Shown piece after piece: positions 12,570 to 25,846 of a stretch of 64,000 bases of DNA; the first letter of the stretch is position 1, and every line of letters starts with the position of its first letter. The notes under the pieces are model-generated. The model did no database searches and was not told the origin of the DNA. It saw only the letters and a program-made list of their open reading frames with translations. The DNA comes from Octopus vulgaris (taxonomy: Eukaryota). The stretch is taken from contig OX597817.1 of NCBI GenBank assembly GCA_951406725.2, positions 166,780,001 through 166,844,000 of the forward strand, in the 5' to 3' direction. Both the position numbers and the translations under genes were made by a program.

Positions 12570-13180
12570 GGACAGAAACATTGCTGTATAGGCTTGTAGT
12601 TATCCCTCGATTTATCCCACGTTTTACAACGAGGTAAGAACATTTGTTTTGACCAAACTTCTTTGAGAATCTCATCAGTCAAGGCGCTTTTGCATACCAT
12701 TCGTATTCTTGGCATACACTTTTAAATCCTTTTCAAAGAACAGCTGTTACTTTGATGTTTTACGAATTACTGAAAGATTAATCGTCATTCGTCATTATTG
12801 TTGTACTGTTTTCTTTTTTAATATACCCTGGTCATTCTGAAACTCTACTTAATTTCCAGACGGCTGTTACTTTGATGTTTTACGAATTACTGAAAGATTA
12901 ATCGTCATTCGTCATTATTGTTGTACTGTTTTCTTTTTTAATATACCCTGGTCATTCTGAAACTCTACTTAATTTCCAGACGGCGGATCTGAACGAAGTC
13001 AGGTTCCCTATAGCATTCATAAATGCACCTTAAACTTTAACAGCTCGTAGGGCTTCTGGCATCTACGAATAAGGAGCAAAATCGAATGCTTTCGTGTAGT
13101 CCGGGCTGATTGTGGTCAAGTTCCTCTTAATACCGTCACGCTTCTGATATCACGCTTTTGCCAATCAAAGTCTTTTACAA
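12570..13180 (-). pseudogene. Degenerate R4/Dong-like reverse transcriptase fragment
   Basis: The minus strand gives KRNLTTISPDYTKAFD (DYKKAFD motif), QLFFEKDLKVYAKN (decayed F.DDLKLY) and KFGQNKCSYLVVKRG, with stops and frameshifts. Confidence 0.75.
12743..12982. repeat. Perfect 120-bp tandem duplication
   Basis: 12743-12862 is identical to 12863-12982. Confidence 0.97.
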
Positions 13181-13238
13181 GTTGTATGTATGTATGTATG
13201 TATGTATGTATGTATGTATGTATGTATGTATGTATGTA

Positions 13239-13271
<33 letters not shown>

Positions 13272-13449
13272 ATGTATGTATGTAGGTAGGTAGGTAGGTA
13301 GGTAGGTAAATATGAATGCTCGTATGTATGTATGTATTATGTATGTATGTATGTATGTATGTATGTATGTATGTATGTATGCATGTATGTATGTATGTAA
13401 GTATGTATGTATGTTTGCATGTATGTATGTATGTATATTTGTATATATG

Positions 13450-13495
<46 letters not shown>

Positions 13496-14077
13496 TGTAT
13501 GTATGTATGTATGTATGTATGTATGTATGTATGTATGTATGTATGTAGGTAGGTAGGTAGGTAGGTAGGTAGGTAGGTATATAGGTAGGTAGGTAGGTAG
13601 GTAGGTAGATAGGTAAGTATGTATGCTCGTATGTATGTATGAATGTCAGTATGTAATACGTTTGTATTTATTCAAGCATGGATAACATTATATATTTCAT
13701 CACAACTGTAATTTCACATTCACTAAGATAGTATTCAAAGTTACCAAATATAGCTTCTTTAACTACCTCTTCCTTCTTTCACTTCTTTTTCATCTTCTTC
13801 AGCATTATTAATAGTAATATTAGTATTATGTCCCTTAACTCGTATTTGCATTTTCCTCTTTCATCCGGTACTTTCTTTTCCTCCTTATATCTTCTCTCCG
13901 TACTTTCTCTCCTCTTCTTCTTCCTCTCCCTTCTCCTCTACCCCGCTCACTAGAAAGCGTCCGATCAGTAATATTAGTTTTGAATTCTTGGCTGTAGGCA
14001 AAACTGTTCATCAAATTTGATCTGCATAATATAGCAGCTTCTTATGGAAATCTCCGTCTTTCACCCACTTCTCTATC

Positions 14078-14160
<83 letters not shown>

Positions 14161-14418
14161 CAAATTTCTGTTTCTATCTCCCTGTCTGTCTGTAGTCTTA
14201 TCTATATATATTTCTCTGACTATTAATACAACTAAATACACACACGTACTTATATGAACCTATACTTATACGCGATATGATATTTGTATTTATCTACCTA
14301 TACCTCTCTTTCTTTTTCTCACTCTTTTTTTCATATATATCTATGTTTGTGTGTGGGGAATGCCTTTGTATCTGCATATATGTATGAGCAAATACATGTA
14401 TGCGATATATATAAAAAA

Positions 14419-14452
<34 letters not shown>

Positions 14453-14495
14453 TACACACACATGCATATATATATATATGCATATATATTATATA

Positions 14496-14549
<54 letters not shown>

Positions 14550-14577
14550 GTGTATATATATATACATATATATATGC

Positions 14578-14611
<34 letters not shown>

Positions 14612-14728
14612 ATGCATGTATACATTTATGTATGTATATCTACGTCTAATTTCTCGGTTGATGTAACTATTTACCCGGATATCTATCTACCAATCTATTT
14701 GTCTACTTATTCTTATACAAACATACAT

Positions 14729-14770
<42 letters not shown>

Positions 14771-14771
14771 G

Positions 14772-14811
<40 letters not shown>

Positions 14812-15425
14812 CACCCCATACACACACATATATACACATATATATACATATACATATAACGAGAGATAGATAGATAGATACATAGGATACATACATACAG
14901 GCATACATAACAGTATATGTATGTATATGTGTACATATGCATACCTACGCACACAGGCACATACGTATATGTATGTATGTATGTATATATGTACATATGT
15001 ATGTATGTTTGTGTGTAAATAAGTATATAAGTATCAACGTCACCCTGTGTGTCCAGTCATTAATCAACCATTATTGAACGATCAGCTCAATCTCTACTCA
15101 TGTCTGTTTATCAATCTACTTCATGGCAAGAACGTTGTGCTATGATCAAGCTACGATATACCGACACAAGATATAACAATACGCAAAATCCCAGAAGAAA
15201 TAAGCAGGCACGTACATTCTTAGAATTTATTGTGATCCAACATGAAATTAGAGGGATTTTCATTGATTTGCGGGCGCACATCCATTAGTTTTATTCCGGT
15301 ACATAGGAAAAAGGAAATCATTTTTTGTATAGTTTCACTTCCTCTGAACTTGCATATCATATATATATATATATATAATATATATAGCATTCTGGCCGGC
15401 TACCTAGCAGGCCAGCCCTATATAC

Positions 15426-15511
<86 letters not shown>

Positions 15512-15737
15512 TTCCGCCACATTGTATCAGTCATGTACGTGTTATACAGTATTTGGGTAGAAGTGTTTACTATTGAAATATGTTTCCTGATGCAAACGGA
15601 AATTCCGTTTGGACTTGTGCATGTACGTAACAAAAACAAAAATACACATGCATGTCCGCACTTACACACACTCATATATATATATATATATATATATGCA
15701 TACATAACACACGCACATACACACACGTACACACACG

Positions 15738-16300
15738 TACAAGGTGTCACCAAAAGATGTGTACGCAATTTGAATTTCTCAGTCTTTTTAAAATACCTTT
15801 TGTTTTCAAAATTCAATATAACGCACAGACAGAAATTAATATTTTTATGAACGCCTGTTTTCACATTGATCACCCTTAAGCTCCAGTCATCGCTGATGAC
15901 GCGAAGCAATGTACCCAAAAGCATCAAGAAATATTTCGTTCGGTATTTGTACGCGTTCCGGTTCAATGAGGATCCCCTCATTTCGTCGAAGGTTACCAGT
16001 TTTGTACAGTAAAATTTGCCTTTTAAGTATCCTCACAAAAAACATGTTTACGAGTGCGAGGTCCGGTGAACGTGGAGAGTGAGTATTCGAGTATTCTACG
16101 GAACTTCTCCGTCCTGTTAGGTAATATTTCTTCAAGATTGGCCCTACATTTCTATGATAGTTTCAGGGGTCTCGTCTTGCTCCAAATAAAACTCCAAGTC
16201 TTCAGAATCCTATTGAATGCTTTGCATGGCAGATTGTAGCAGCAAGTTGAAGTAAATGGGACCCAGTCAGAGTACTGTGAAAGGAAAAGAAGGGTCTAAT
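15738..16300 (-). pseudogene. Tc1/mariner-superfamily transposase relic with possible terminus
   Basis: SPRSPDLALVNMFFVRILK resembles WPPRSPDLTP.DFFLWG.LK. TA-CAAGGTGTCACCAAAA at ~15738 resembles a TIR. Confidence 0.65.
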
Positions 16301-16537
16301 TAACTGTTTTGATGATAAGCTGCACCATAGAGTAACTCGTGGTAAATTAGCATGATATTCATCCGTAATATGCAGATTCTCAGGCCCCCAATAGGTAAAA
16401 TTTTATCTTTTATCTTTTACTTGTTTTGTATATTCCGAAAGTATCTTAATGTAATCCTTATCTTTGTCTAAAAACACTGACTATTTTCTGAAAGTAACCT
16501 AATGTAATCCTTATTGTCCTCTTAGGAGATCGAAAAT

Positions 16538-16580
16538 CCACCTGACGAATGTCATTGAAGACATGAAACGATTGTAGTGG
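16538..16580 (+). ncRNA. Minimal type-I hammerhead ribozyme motif with intact core (Penelope-like element relic)
   Basis: Stem I ccac/gtgg, core CUGACGA, stem II atgtc-attgaa-gacat, GAAA, quasi-palindromic stem III ACGAUUGU, cleavage triplet GUA. Confidence 0.8.
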
Positions 16581-16759
16581 CGGTTTATTTCTTTATATTA
16601 AAATTTTTTATGTATTGATTAAGTCTTTCCTTGTATGTTTTGCAAAATAGTGGTTTTGTCTCGAATTAATATTATATAATATTTTACTATAAAATTGGGT
16701 TTAATCCTAAATCTGATTTTTTCCCTGTAAATTTGGATTTATTCCCTAATATTTATTAT

Positions 16760-16810
<51 letters not shown>

Positions 16811-17561
16811 TGGTGCTATTAAGTTAGACATGGCCTGGACCAATCATTGGTCGAAACATATCTAAATTTATCTAAGTTTATATATATATATATACAGCGG
16901 ACGTCATGCAGTTTCTGCCTACCAAATCCATTCACAAGGCTTTTGTCGGCCAGAATGTAAAGTAGAAGACACCTGCCCAATGTCCACGGATTTTCGGAAC
17001 GTTAGTTGTGCACATGAACAGTTTCATCTGCTTCAACCTTACCTCTAATTTCAATGATGGTAAGTGATGTTGGGAGATCTGTTTGAAACTCCCTCCTAAA
17101 CTATCATTACACTTCGACCGCGTTTTTCAATTTTACGTAGCATTTTAGGGAAACGTTCTTTTGTTCAAATCTTTGTCAGGTTTCCTTCAGTACTTATAAT
17201 GAGTTAAATCCGAAGAGAAAAAAAAATTGAATTATCAGTTGAAGCTTTTGTGGGGGGATGCACCGAACAAATACACACGTACATACATACATACATACAT
17301 ACATACATACATACATACATACATGCATGCATGCATGCATACATTATAAGTACATTATAAGTACATGCATACATACATACATACATACATACATAAATAC
17401 ATACATACACACATAAATACATACATACATATATAAATACATACATACATACATGCATACGTAAATACATACATACATGCATACATAAATACATACATAC
17501 ATACATACACACATCTATATATATATATTAAATATACCCAACTGTACCGAGGATCTAACAC

Positions 17562-17592
<31 letters not shown>

Positions 17593-17593
<1 letters not shown>

Positions 17594-17788
17594 TTGAAAA
17601 AAGAAAAAGAATGATTTCACTGGTTATTCTAATTAGTATAATTTATTATTTAATTTTTTTTTAATAATATAAATTTTACACTAGATGTACGAACTAAAGT
17701 ATCAAATTTGTATTATTAAAAAACTTTTAAATAATAAATTAGATTAATTACAACTACCAGTGAAATTATACTTTTTTCTGTTTTCAAA
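17593..17788. repeat. AT-rich fold-back element between (TA)n tracts
   Basis: Imperfect arms of ~85 bp: tttgaaaa..atttcactggt..aatttattatttaa versus ttaaataataaatt..accagtgaaat..ttttcaaa. Confidence 0.8.
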
Positions 17789-17798
17789 TATATATATA

Positions 17799-17837
<39 letters not shown>

Positions 17838-17892
17838 GTGTGTGTGAGTGTGAGTGTGTGTGTGCGTGTGTGTGTGTGTGTGTGAGTGTGTG

Positions 17893-17925
<33 letters not shown>

Positions 17926-18829
17926 TAATTTATTAATGTATTCAGTGACCAGTTGGGGGTTGCGGAAAACCAAGTTGCGAGGTCCATATCTTGCATTATA
18001 AATATTCAGTGACGCATTATCGAAGCCAGAATAAAATTAAAATTCATAATATATATATATATATCTGAAACATTTTTATTTCTCTTAAAGTTCAAATGAA
18101 TTTGATACAAGATTCATATTTTCGAAAAATAATTCGATAATTTAGTCTGAACAATTCTCGTCTTTCTTTTCTGTTTTCCTTTTTCCATACAGGTCTTTGC
18201 AACATCGAAGCTAATTTAGCAATACTTGCCCAACTTTTATGCTTCTTTCATTACCTGAATTTGCATTCATAGTTTTCTCATAACGATCGTGTAAATCACA
18301 ATAAATTCACTCCATTTTATGCATCTTAAATTCTATCTACTTTTTCTTTCGTGAGATTTCCATTTAAATTTTCTCGTTCTTCTTCATAAGCACTTTGTTT
18401 GGGAATTGCAAAAGACATTTCAGCATTGAGGTCCTTTGTACGTTGATTGAAGGACAATGTGAGAAAGGAACATTACCTGTATTGAGTATTTCAAATTCTA
18501 GGCTTTTTCCTCGGTGAGCAACGTTTTCTGCAAATGTCTGAATTTGTGACTCAAAAGCAGGAAAATTCGTTTGATCATTTCAATCATGAGCCTGCCTGAC
18601 AATTGATTACGTGAAATTCTGAGTAACAGTTTCGGAAGTCAATACAACACACACAAACATACACACACACATAAACCACACACTCACACATCCATCTTTC
18701 TCTCACTCTGTATTTCTCTCTCCACTTATATATGTAATTATACATGTGTGTATATGTATATATTATATATATTTATATGTATGTATATATATGTGTGCGT
18801 GTGTGTTTTCTATGTATATTTATATAATT

Positions 18830-19037
18830 TTTTACTTGTTTCAGTAATTCGATTACGGCCATAGTGGAGTCCCACCTTGAAAGATTTTAGTCGAACAAAG
18901 CAAACCCAGGACTTTTTTAGCCTAGTATTTATTATATCGGTTTCTTTTGCCGAACCGCTATTTAATATATATATATGTGTGTGTGTGTGTGTGTATGTGT
19001 GTGTGTGTGTGTGTGTTTGTGTGTGTGCGCATGTATG

Positions 19038-19084
<47 letters not shown>

Positions 19085-19244
19085 CGGGCTTCTTTCAGTT
19101 TCCATCTACCAAATCCACTCACAATGCTTTGGTCGGCCCGAGGCTATAACAAAAGATACATGCTCAAGGTACCATGCAGTGTGTCTGAACCCGGAACTAC
19201 CTGGTTGGGAAGCAAGTTTCTTACCACACAGTCACACCTGCGCC
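18830..19244 (-). mobile_element. SINE family A, diverged
   Basis: Reverse-complemented tail, internal (TA)/(TG)n and head. Confidence 0.85.
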
Positions 19245-19311
19245 TAAATATGTAAATTATATATATTATATATTATATACTATATATATATATACACATG
19301 CATATATATAC

Positions 19312-19347
<36 letters not shown>

Positions 19348-19934
19348 GGGTGTGGGTGGTTGGGTGCATACACAACAATTATTGGCGAATACCAACATAG
19401 GTACAGATGTTTTGGCAGAATGATATTCGGGTAATGTGTGCAATTAATTGAACCCGACTGAGTATATAATGAGCCCTTCAACTATTCAGAAACATATAGT
19501 TTATAAATATACAGTCCCTGATATACTTCGGATCCCTTGAAGGGCAGGTTTCGAGCGAGGTGAATTATAAGTAAATAACAACTGATGGAGCGGTGTCAAT
19601 TCATTACAGCCGTTTCTAACAATTTTTTTAATTGATCAATGAGTACATTATATCATTACAAGAAAACCCTTGCTACCAAGCCAACAAAACCTTATTAATA
19701 CTATAGATATACCCATCCCTTATATGTAGGGGCGGCAGGCCTTCCTACTAAACATCTTGAATTTGTTTTATTTTGGTTTGACTGTTATTCTGCGTTTAGC
19801 ACCGATTGTGAAATCACTAAATATGTATGCCCCGTGGATTTTAATATGTTTCATTTTTTTTTTTTTAATGTCATTGATTGTAGAATTCATGTATTCATCT
19901 GATAAAAGCGGGTTTTTTTTATAATGATATAATT

Positions 19935-20365
19935 TTACTCTCTCTCTCTCTCTTTTACTCTTTTACTTGTTTCAGTCATTTGACTGCGGCCATGCTGGAG
20001 CACCACCTTTAATCGAGCAACTCGACCCCGGGACTTATTCTTTTGTAAGCCCAGTACTTATTCTATCGGTCTCCTTTGCCGAACCGCTAAGTTACGGGGA
20101 CATAAACACACCAACATCGGTTGTCAAGCAATGCTAGGAGGACAAACACAGACACACAAACACACACACACGCATATATATATATATATATATACATATA
20201 TACGACAAGCTTCTTTCAGTTTCCGTCTACCAAATCCACTCACAAGGCTTTGGTCGGCCCGAGGCTACAGTAGAAGACACTTACCCAAGGTGCCACGCAG
20301 TGGGACTGAACTCGGAACCATGTGGTTGGTAAACAAGCTACTTACCACACAGCCATTCCTGCGCC
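19935..20365 (-). mobile_element. SINE family A, full length
   Basis: High identity to other family A copies. Confidence 0.93.
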
Positions 20366-20465
20366 TTACTCTTTTATTAATTTTTAAAAATTCGTTAGAG
20401 ACGGCTGTAATGAATTAACACCTATCCATAAATTTTTACTTACATACATGTGTATCTGTATGTGT

Positions 20466-20881
20466 TTACTCTTTTACTCTTTTACTTGTTTCAGTCATTT
20501 GACTGCGGCCATGCTGGAGCACCACCTTTAATCGAGCAACTCGACCCCCAGGACTTATTCTTTTTTGTAAGCCCAGTACTTATTCTATCGGTCTCTTTTG
20601 CCGAACCGCTAAGTAACGGGGACATAAACACACCAGCATCGGTTGTCAAGCAATGCTAGGGGGACAAACACAGACACACAAATACACAAACACACACATA
20701 TATATATATACATATATACGACGGGCTTCTTTCAGTTTCCGTCTACCAAATCCACTCACAAGGCTTTGGTCGGCCCGAGGCTATAGTAGAAGACACTTGC
20801 CCAAGGTGCCACGCAGTGGGACTGAACCCGGAACCATGTGGTTGGTAAACAAGCTACTTACCACACAGCCACTCTTGCGCC
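20466..20881 (-). mobile_element. SINE family A, full length
   Basis: High identity to other family A copies. Confidence 0.93.
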
Positions 20882-21082
20882 ACTCCTGTTTGTATACATG
20901 CATTGTATATTTTTCGTTTATATTTCACTGAAGTTTCTAATTTTACATTCATGCATTTATTTAAAAGTTGTACCAGACCAAGAAGATGATTTGATCACAT
21001 ACACCATATGTTGAAACTGAAGCAACAATTTAATAGCATTTAGTAAGATTAAAGAAACATTTAATAGCATATAAATCTGTTA

Positions 21083-21307
21083 TACTCTTTACTCTTTTTA
21101 CTCTTTTACTTGTTTCAGTCATTTGACTGCGGCCATGCTGGAGCACCGCCTTTAGTCGAGCAAATCGACCCCGGGACATATTCTTTTGTAAGCCCAGTAC
21201 TTATTCTATCGATCTCTTTTGCCGAACCGCTAAGTGACGGGGACGTAAACACACCAGCATTGTTGTCAAACAATGCTAGGGGGACAAACACATACACACA
21301 AACATAT

Positions 21308-21350
<43 letters not shown>

Positions 21351-21515
21351 TACGACAGGCTTCTTTCAGTTTCCGTCTACCAAATCCACTCAAAAAGCAT
21401 TGGTCGGCCCGGGGCTATAGCAGAAGACACTTGCCCAAGATTCCACGCAATGGGACTGAACCCGGAACCATGTGGTTGGTTAGCAAGCTACTTACCACAC
21501 AGCCACTCCTGCGCC
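21083..21515 (-). mobile_element. SINE family A, full length
   Basis: High identity to other family A copies. Confidence 0.93.
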
Positions 21516-21897
21516 TATGCTCACTTCAAATTTAGATTTATTTCATGAAACGTCGAAACATTTATTTCATGCAGTGGAACTGTGTCTGTACTCTGGTCCC
21601 AGTTGTGCGTTCAAAATTTTGCCTCCTCGTGAAATAAATGTAAATTTAAAGGGAATTTAAGAACTTTGTGTGGAATCAAATGGATAGAATGGTTCATGGA
21701 CGGTGTATTTGCAACAAGTAGTTGATTCTAGTTCATTACACGCTAAGTTGCAAATGAATGTATTACATTCTGAGATTTAAATGTCTGAAGAATTGGTGTA
21801 CGCTAGGCGAATCTTAGAGTAGCAAAGGACTCAATATATATTTATATATATACATACATACATACATACATATATATATATATATAAAATGTATATA

Positions 21898-21942
<45 letters not shown>

Positions 21943-21977
21943 ATATATTGTATATATGTATGTATATATATATATAA

Positions 21978-22029
<52 letters not shown>

Positions 22030-22149
22030 GTGTGCAGAGAGAGAGACAGAGAGAGAGAGACAGACAGACAGACAGAGAAACATGCATACATATATACATA
22101 CATACATACATGTATGCATGCATATATGTATATATAAGATCAGAACTTA

Positions 22150-22318
22150 TCTGCAGCTCTTGGTGGTCCAAATCGGATGGGCAATCTATGTGGCTGTTTT
22201 TTCAGAACATTGTCTGGTTTAAAAAGCCATATCAGACGCCATGATGGTGCTGTGCAAAGGTGTAGGTACAGGAGGTGGTCAAACTCTGCATAAGGAGTAG
22301 ACAAGACAACCACCACCA
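22150..22318 (+). mobile_element. 3' end of an RTE-like LINE (terminal C2H2-like finger)
   Basis: NLCGCFFRTLSGLKSHIRRH followed by a short UTR-like tail. RTE ORFs typically end in GL.SH.R.H. Confidence 0.6.
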
Positions 22319-22571
22319 TATATAATATGACGTGCATTTGCTACCCAGTTATCGATTAACCGAATTATCCTTACTAGGATAATTCATTCATCTACTTAAA
22401 TATATATATATATATCGTTGCTATTTCCGCTCTACAGTACCACACAATCATCCGCGTTCCGGGGCGATTTCCTTTCACCTATCTTTGAGGTATAGTGTAT
22501 TTCTAAACACAATACTTCTTTAATGAGATCTCCCCTAGAAGTAGCGCAATTTCACAGTGTTCAATAACAGC

Positions 22572-22759
<188 letters not shown>

Positions 22760-22866
22760 CACATAAAGAGAAAGAGAAAGTGAGAGACAGACAGACAGAC
22801 AGACAGACAGAGAAGAGAGAAAGAAAGAAAGAAAGAAATAGAAAGGGATCGATTGATCGATCGATC

Positions 22867-22947
<81 letters not shown>

Positions 22948-23539
22948 ATGTAGATTTCTTCATATTCTGTTATTGGCTTTTCTATCTGTCCGACCATGTT
23001 ACATATTCGAACTGCAGCACTTTCACACCAGTTTTGTGTGTATAAGTGTGTGTAAGTATGCATCTATTTCTATATGTGTGTATGTCTTTGTGTTTGTGTT
23101 CCTACCGAACACTACTTGACAACTTTTATCGGTTAAGGAAAAGGAGAGTAAAAAAATTAGTACCAGTTTTAAAAACTTCAAGGAGGTGCCCCAGCATGGC
23201 CGAAGCTCAATAACTGAAGCAAGTCAAAAAAGAAAAATAAAGTGAGTCAACATAACAGACAAGAACCAAATAAAATCATAATAACCAAGGACTTCTCCAA
23301 ACAAAATCCCCCAGCACCCATTACATTTGAAATAAAATGCAACACCAAACCTCTAAACGAGAAAACTGCCGAAATGTTGTTTTTAGTCTAAGCACAAGCC
23401 CCAAAATTTTTGGGAAGGGGGCCAGTCGACTAGGTCGATCCCAATCTGCAACTGATACTTAATTTATCGACCCCGAAAGGATGAAAGGCAAAGATGATCT
23501 TTTAAATGAGAATATCTGAAATAAATACCGATTGCGCCC

Positions 23540-23805
23540 ACAAACGACAATATTAAAAATGAACCCGACCGCTCTCAAAAATTAAGTAGAAAAACAGGAA
23601 AAATTATCCAGAATCCTTATCCGATACCGGATCGATCTTAAAATCTAATCAGTTCGTGCCAGTTACAAGGCCAAACATCTCTGAAAGTTTCATCCGAATC
23701 CATCCAGCGGTTCTCGAGATATCTTGTCCACGGACAAACAAACAAACAAACTAACAAACACGACTGAAAACAATATCCTCGCCTTTCGCTAAGGCGAAGG
23801 TAATA
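23540..23805 (+). mobile_element. Helentron/DINE-1-like non-autonomous element, 3' part
   Basis: aagtttcatccgaatccatccagcggttctcgagatatc, then an (acaa)n microsatellite and a terminal hairpin cctcgcctt-tcgct-aaggcgaaggtaataa. Confidence 0.6.
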
Positions 23806-24379
23806 AGACAGGAATACAAAATAAAATCAGCACACTTTCTAGACTATAATTTGACCCTCTTCCTTCCATCAGACATACAACCTAATTGCCTAATCTGAAG
23901 ATTCAAAAAGTTTTAGGGTCAGATAAACGGCCAAACAAGCTAAAAACACAAGGGTTGAACGAATCCTTATACTTCTGTAGCTGTTCGTGCCAACACTGTC
24001 ACAGAGTTTTAAAGTTGGGCAAAAGCACAACAATAATAAATCATAAAAAAGTCCCCCCAAGTGAAACAGCATCATACGGACCTACCATCTTTCTGTGAAC
24101 ACATTAGTATAATTAGTAAAGTTTTAGTATAATTTATCCACACATCATTGAAACACAAGTCAATACGTAACCCGAAAGCTGAAAATAATATATGATGGTT
24201 TGATACAAGAAAACTTCCTACCGTACAATTCGAATGACCGTCGATATTAACAAAACTTCCGACTCTATTCCCCGTTCTCTACTCACATAAAAGTGCTAAA
24301 TTACAGCTTAAGATGCAGCTAAAAGCATTCCTTATAAACTAATTGTCATACCACCAAACTAACTGAGAGTAAAAGAGCA

Positions 24380-24516
24380 ACAAATATAGAGCCTGTAATT
24401 TCACGATTGATGTACAAGAGGGAACCGTCTCCTACCACTTTATTTTTATCCTGTACCTAAACGACCTACCTAGACTTTCATAAACCTTGTACAAAAACAT
24501 TCTCATACAGATGATA
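24380..24516 (+). pseudogene. Very old CR1/L2-type RT relic (probably part of a longer decayed LINE spanning ~23850-26700)
   Basis: VQEG..FILYLNDLP and a decayed Y.DD (tcatacagatgatata) occur in the expected order. Confidence 0.5.
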
Positions 24517-24657
24517 TAAGGTTATCCCAAAAGTTCGTAGAAAGTCTTGGAAAATAATGGTCTTTATTTTGAGGAATAATTTTTTTTGTTTTTGTTAGTA
24601 CTTGGCGAGTAAAAATTCAATTTTCGCAAGTGTTTACGAACTTTTGGGACAACCTAG
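24517..24657. mobile_element. Mariner-type MITE (141 bp)
   Basis: TIRs aggttatcccaaaagttcgta / tacgaacttttgggacaacct, with TA at 24515-24516 and 24658-24659. Confidence 0.85.
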
Positions 24658-25082
24658 TATTATTCTCACATCCTTCCCACCATTTTTCATTCCCAACTGT
24701 ACAACTATTCTAGCCCTGCTTAAATCATCTCGAAACTTGACTTCACAGCAACAGACTTAAAGTAGCAATGGCCAGCTCCGCTGTTAAATAGCTACTAATT
24801 CTTATCAGCAACAGTAAAAGATACCGAATGTAGATGACACACTCACGTTCTCTCACTATTCTCCGGACACTGCCACACAACTACCTTAAGTCTATTTAGA
24901 TCCCCTTTAAACCTGGCACCTATACAGCAAACCGATCAAATCCGTTGTCTTTCTTTGTAACAGTATCATCAAAAACATCAAATACGATTAATCAACACAT
25001 TCAACAATATAAACGTAGGTCACGCGAACAAAAGCTAAAATTCTAGGAGTTACATAAACCCCTTCCACGCTGTTCACATCAT

Positions 25083-25482
25083 ACTCTTCACTCTTTTATT
25101 CGTTTACTTGTTTCAGTCATTTGACTGCGGCCATGCTGGAGCACCGCCTTTAGTCGAGCTAATCGACCCCGGGACTTATTCTTTGTAAGCTCAGTACTTA
25201 TTCTATCGGTCTCTTTTTGCCGAACCGCTAAGTGACGGGGACCTAAACACACCAGCATCGGTTGTCAAGCACATACACACAAACACACACACACACATAC
25301 ATATATATATACATATATACGACAGGCTTCTTTCAGTTTCCGTCTACCAAATCCACTCACAAGGCTTTGGTCGGCCCGGGGCTATAGCAGAAGACACTTG
25401 CCCAAGATGCCACGCAGTGGGACTGAACCCGAAACCATGTGGTTGGTTAGCAAGCTACTTACCACACAGCCACTCCTGCGCC
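25083..25482 (-). mobile_element. SINE family A
   Basis: High identity to other copies. Confidence 0.92.
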
Positions 25483-25586
25483 TATACGTGTATAAAACAT
25501 CGTAAAGAGAGCTGAATGACGTTCACAGCTATGTAACGTCTATCACATGTACCACATCTGGCTCTCGGAAACAAAATATCCGCAAT

Positions 25587-25801
25587 TTACTCTTTTACTT
25601 GTTTCAGTCATTTCACTACTGTGGCCATGCTGGAGCACCGCCTTTAGTCGAGCAAATCGACCCCAGGGCTTATTCTTTTGGAAGCCTAGTACTTATTCAA
25701 TCGGTCTCTTTTTGCCGAACCGCTAAGTAACGGGGTCGTTAACACACCATCAGCGGTTATCAAGCGATGGGGGGGGACAAACACCGACACACAAACAAAC
25801 A

Positions 25802-25846
<45 letters not shown>

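Noticed and set aside
18160-18630. Strong-looking + strand acceptor (ttttccatacag|G at ~18192, similar at 5175) and a ~70-codon open minus-strand frame (18364-18579)
   Set aside because: Frames after the acceptors close quickly and the peptides resemble nothing I recognise. A UTR or non-coding exon would need RNA-seq support.
22183-22250. C2H2 zinc-finger-like peptide as a host zinc-finger gene exon
   Set aside because: It is a single decayed finger with no TGEKP linker. Its position before a short tail fits an RTE LINE 3' end.
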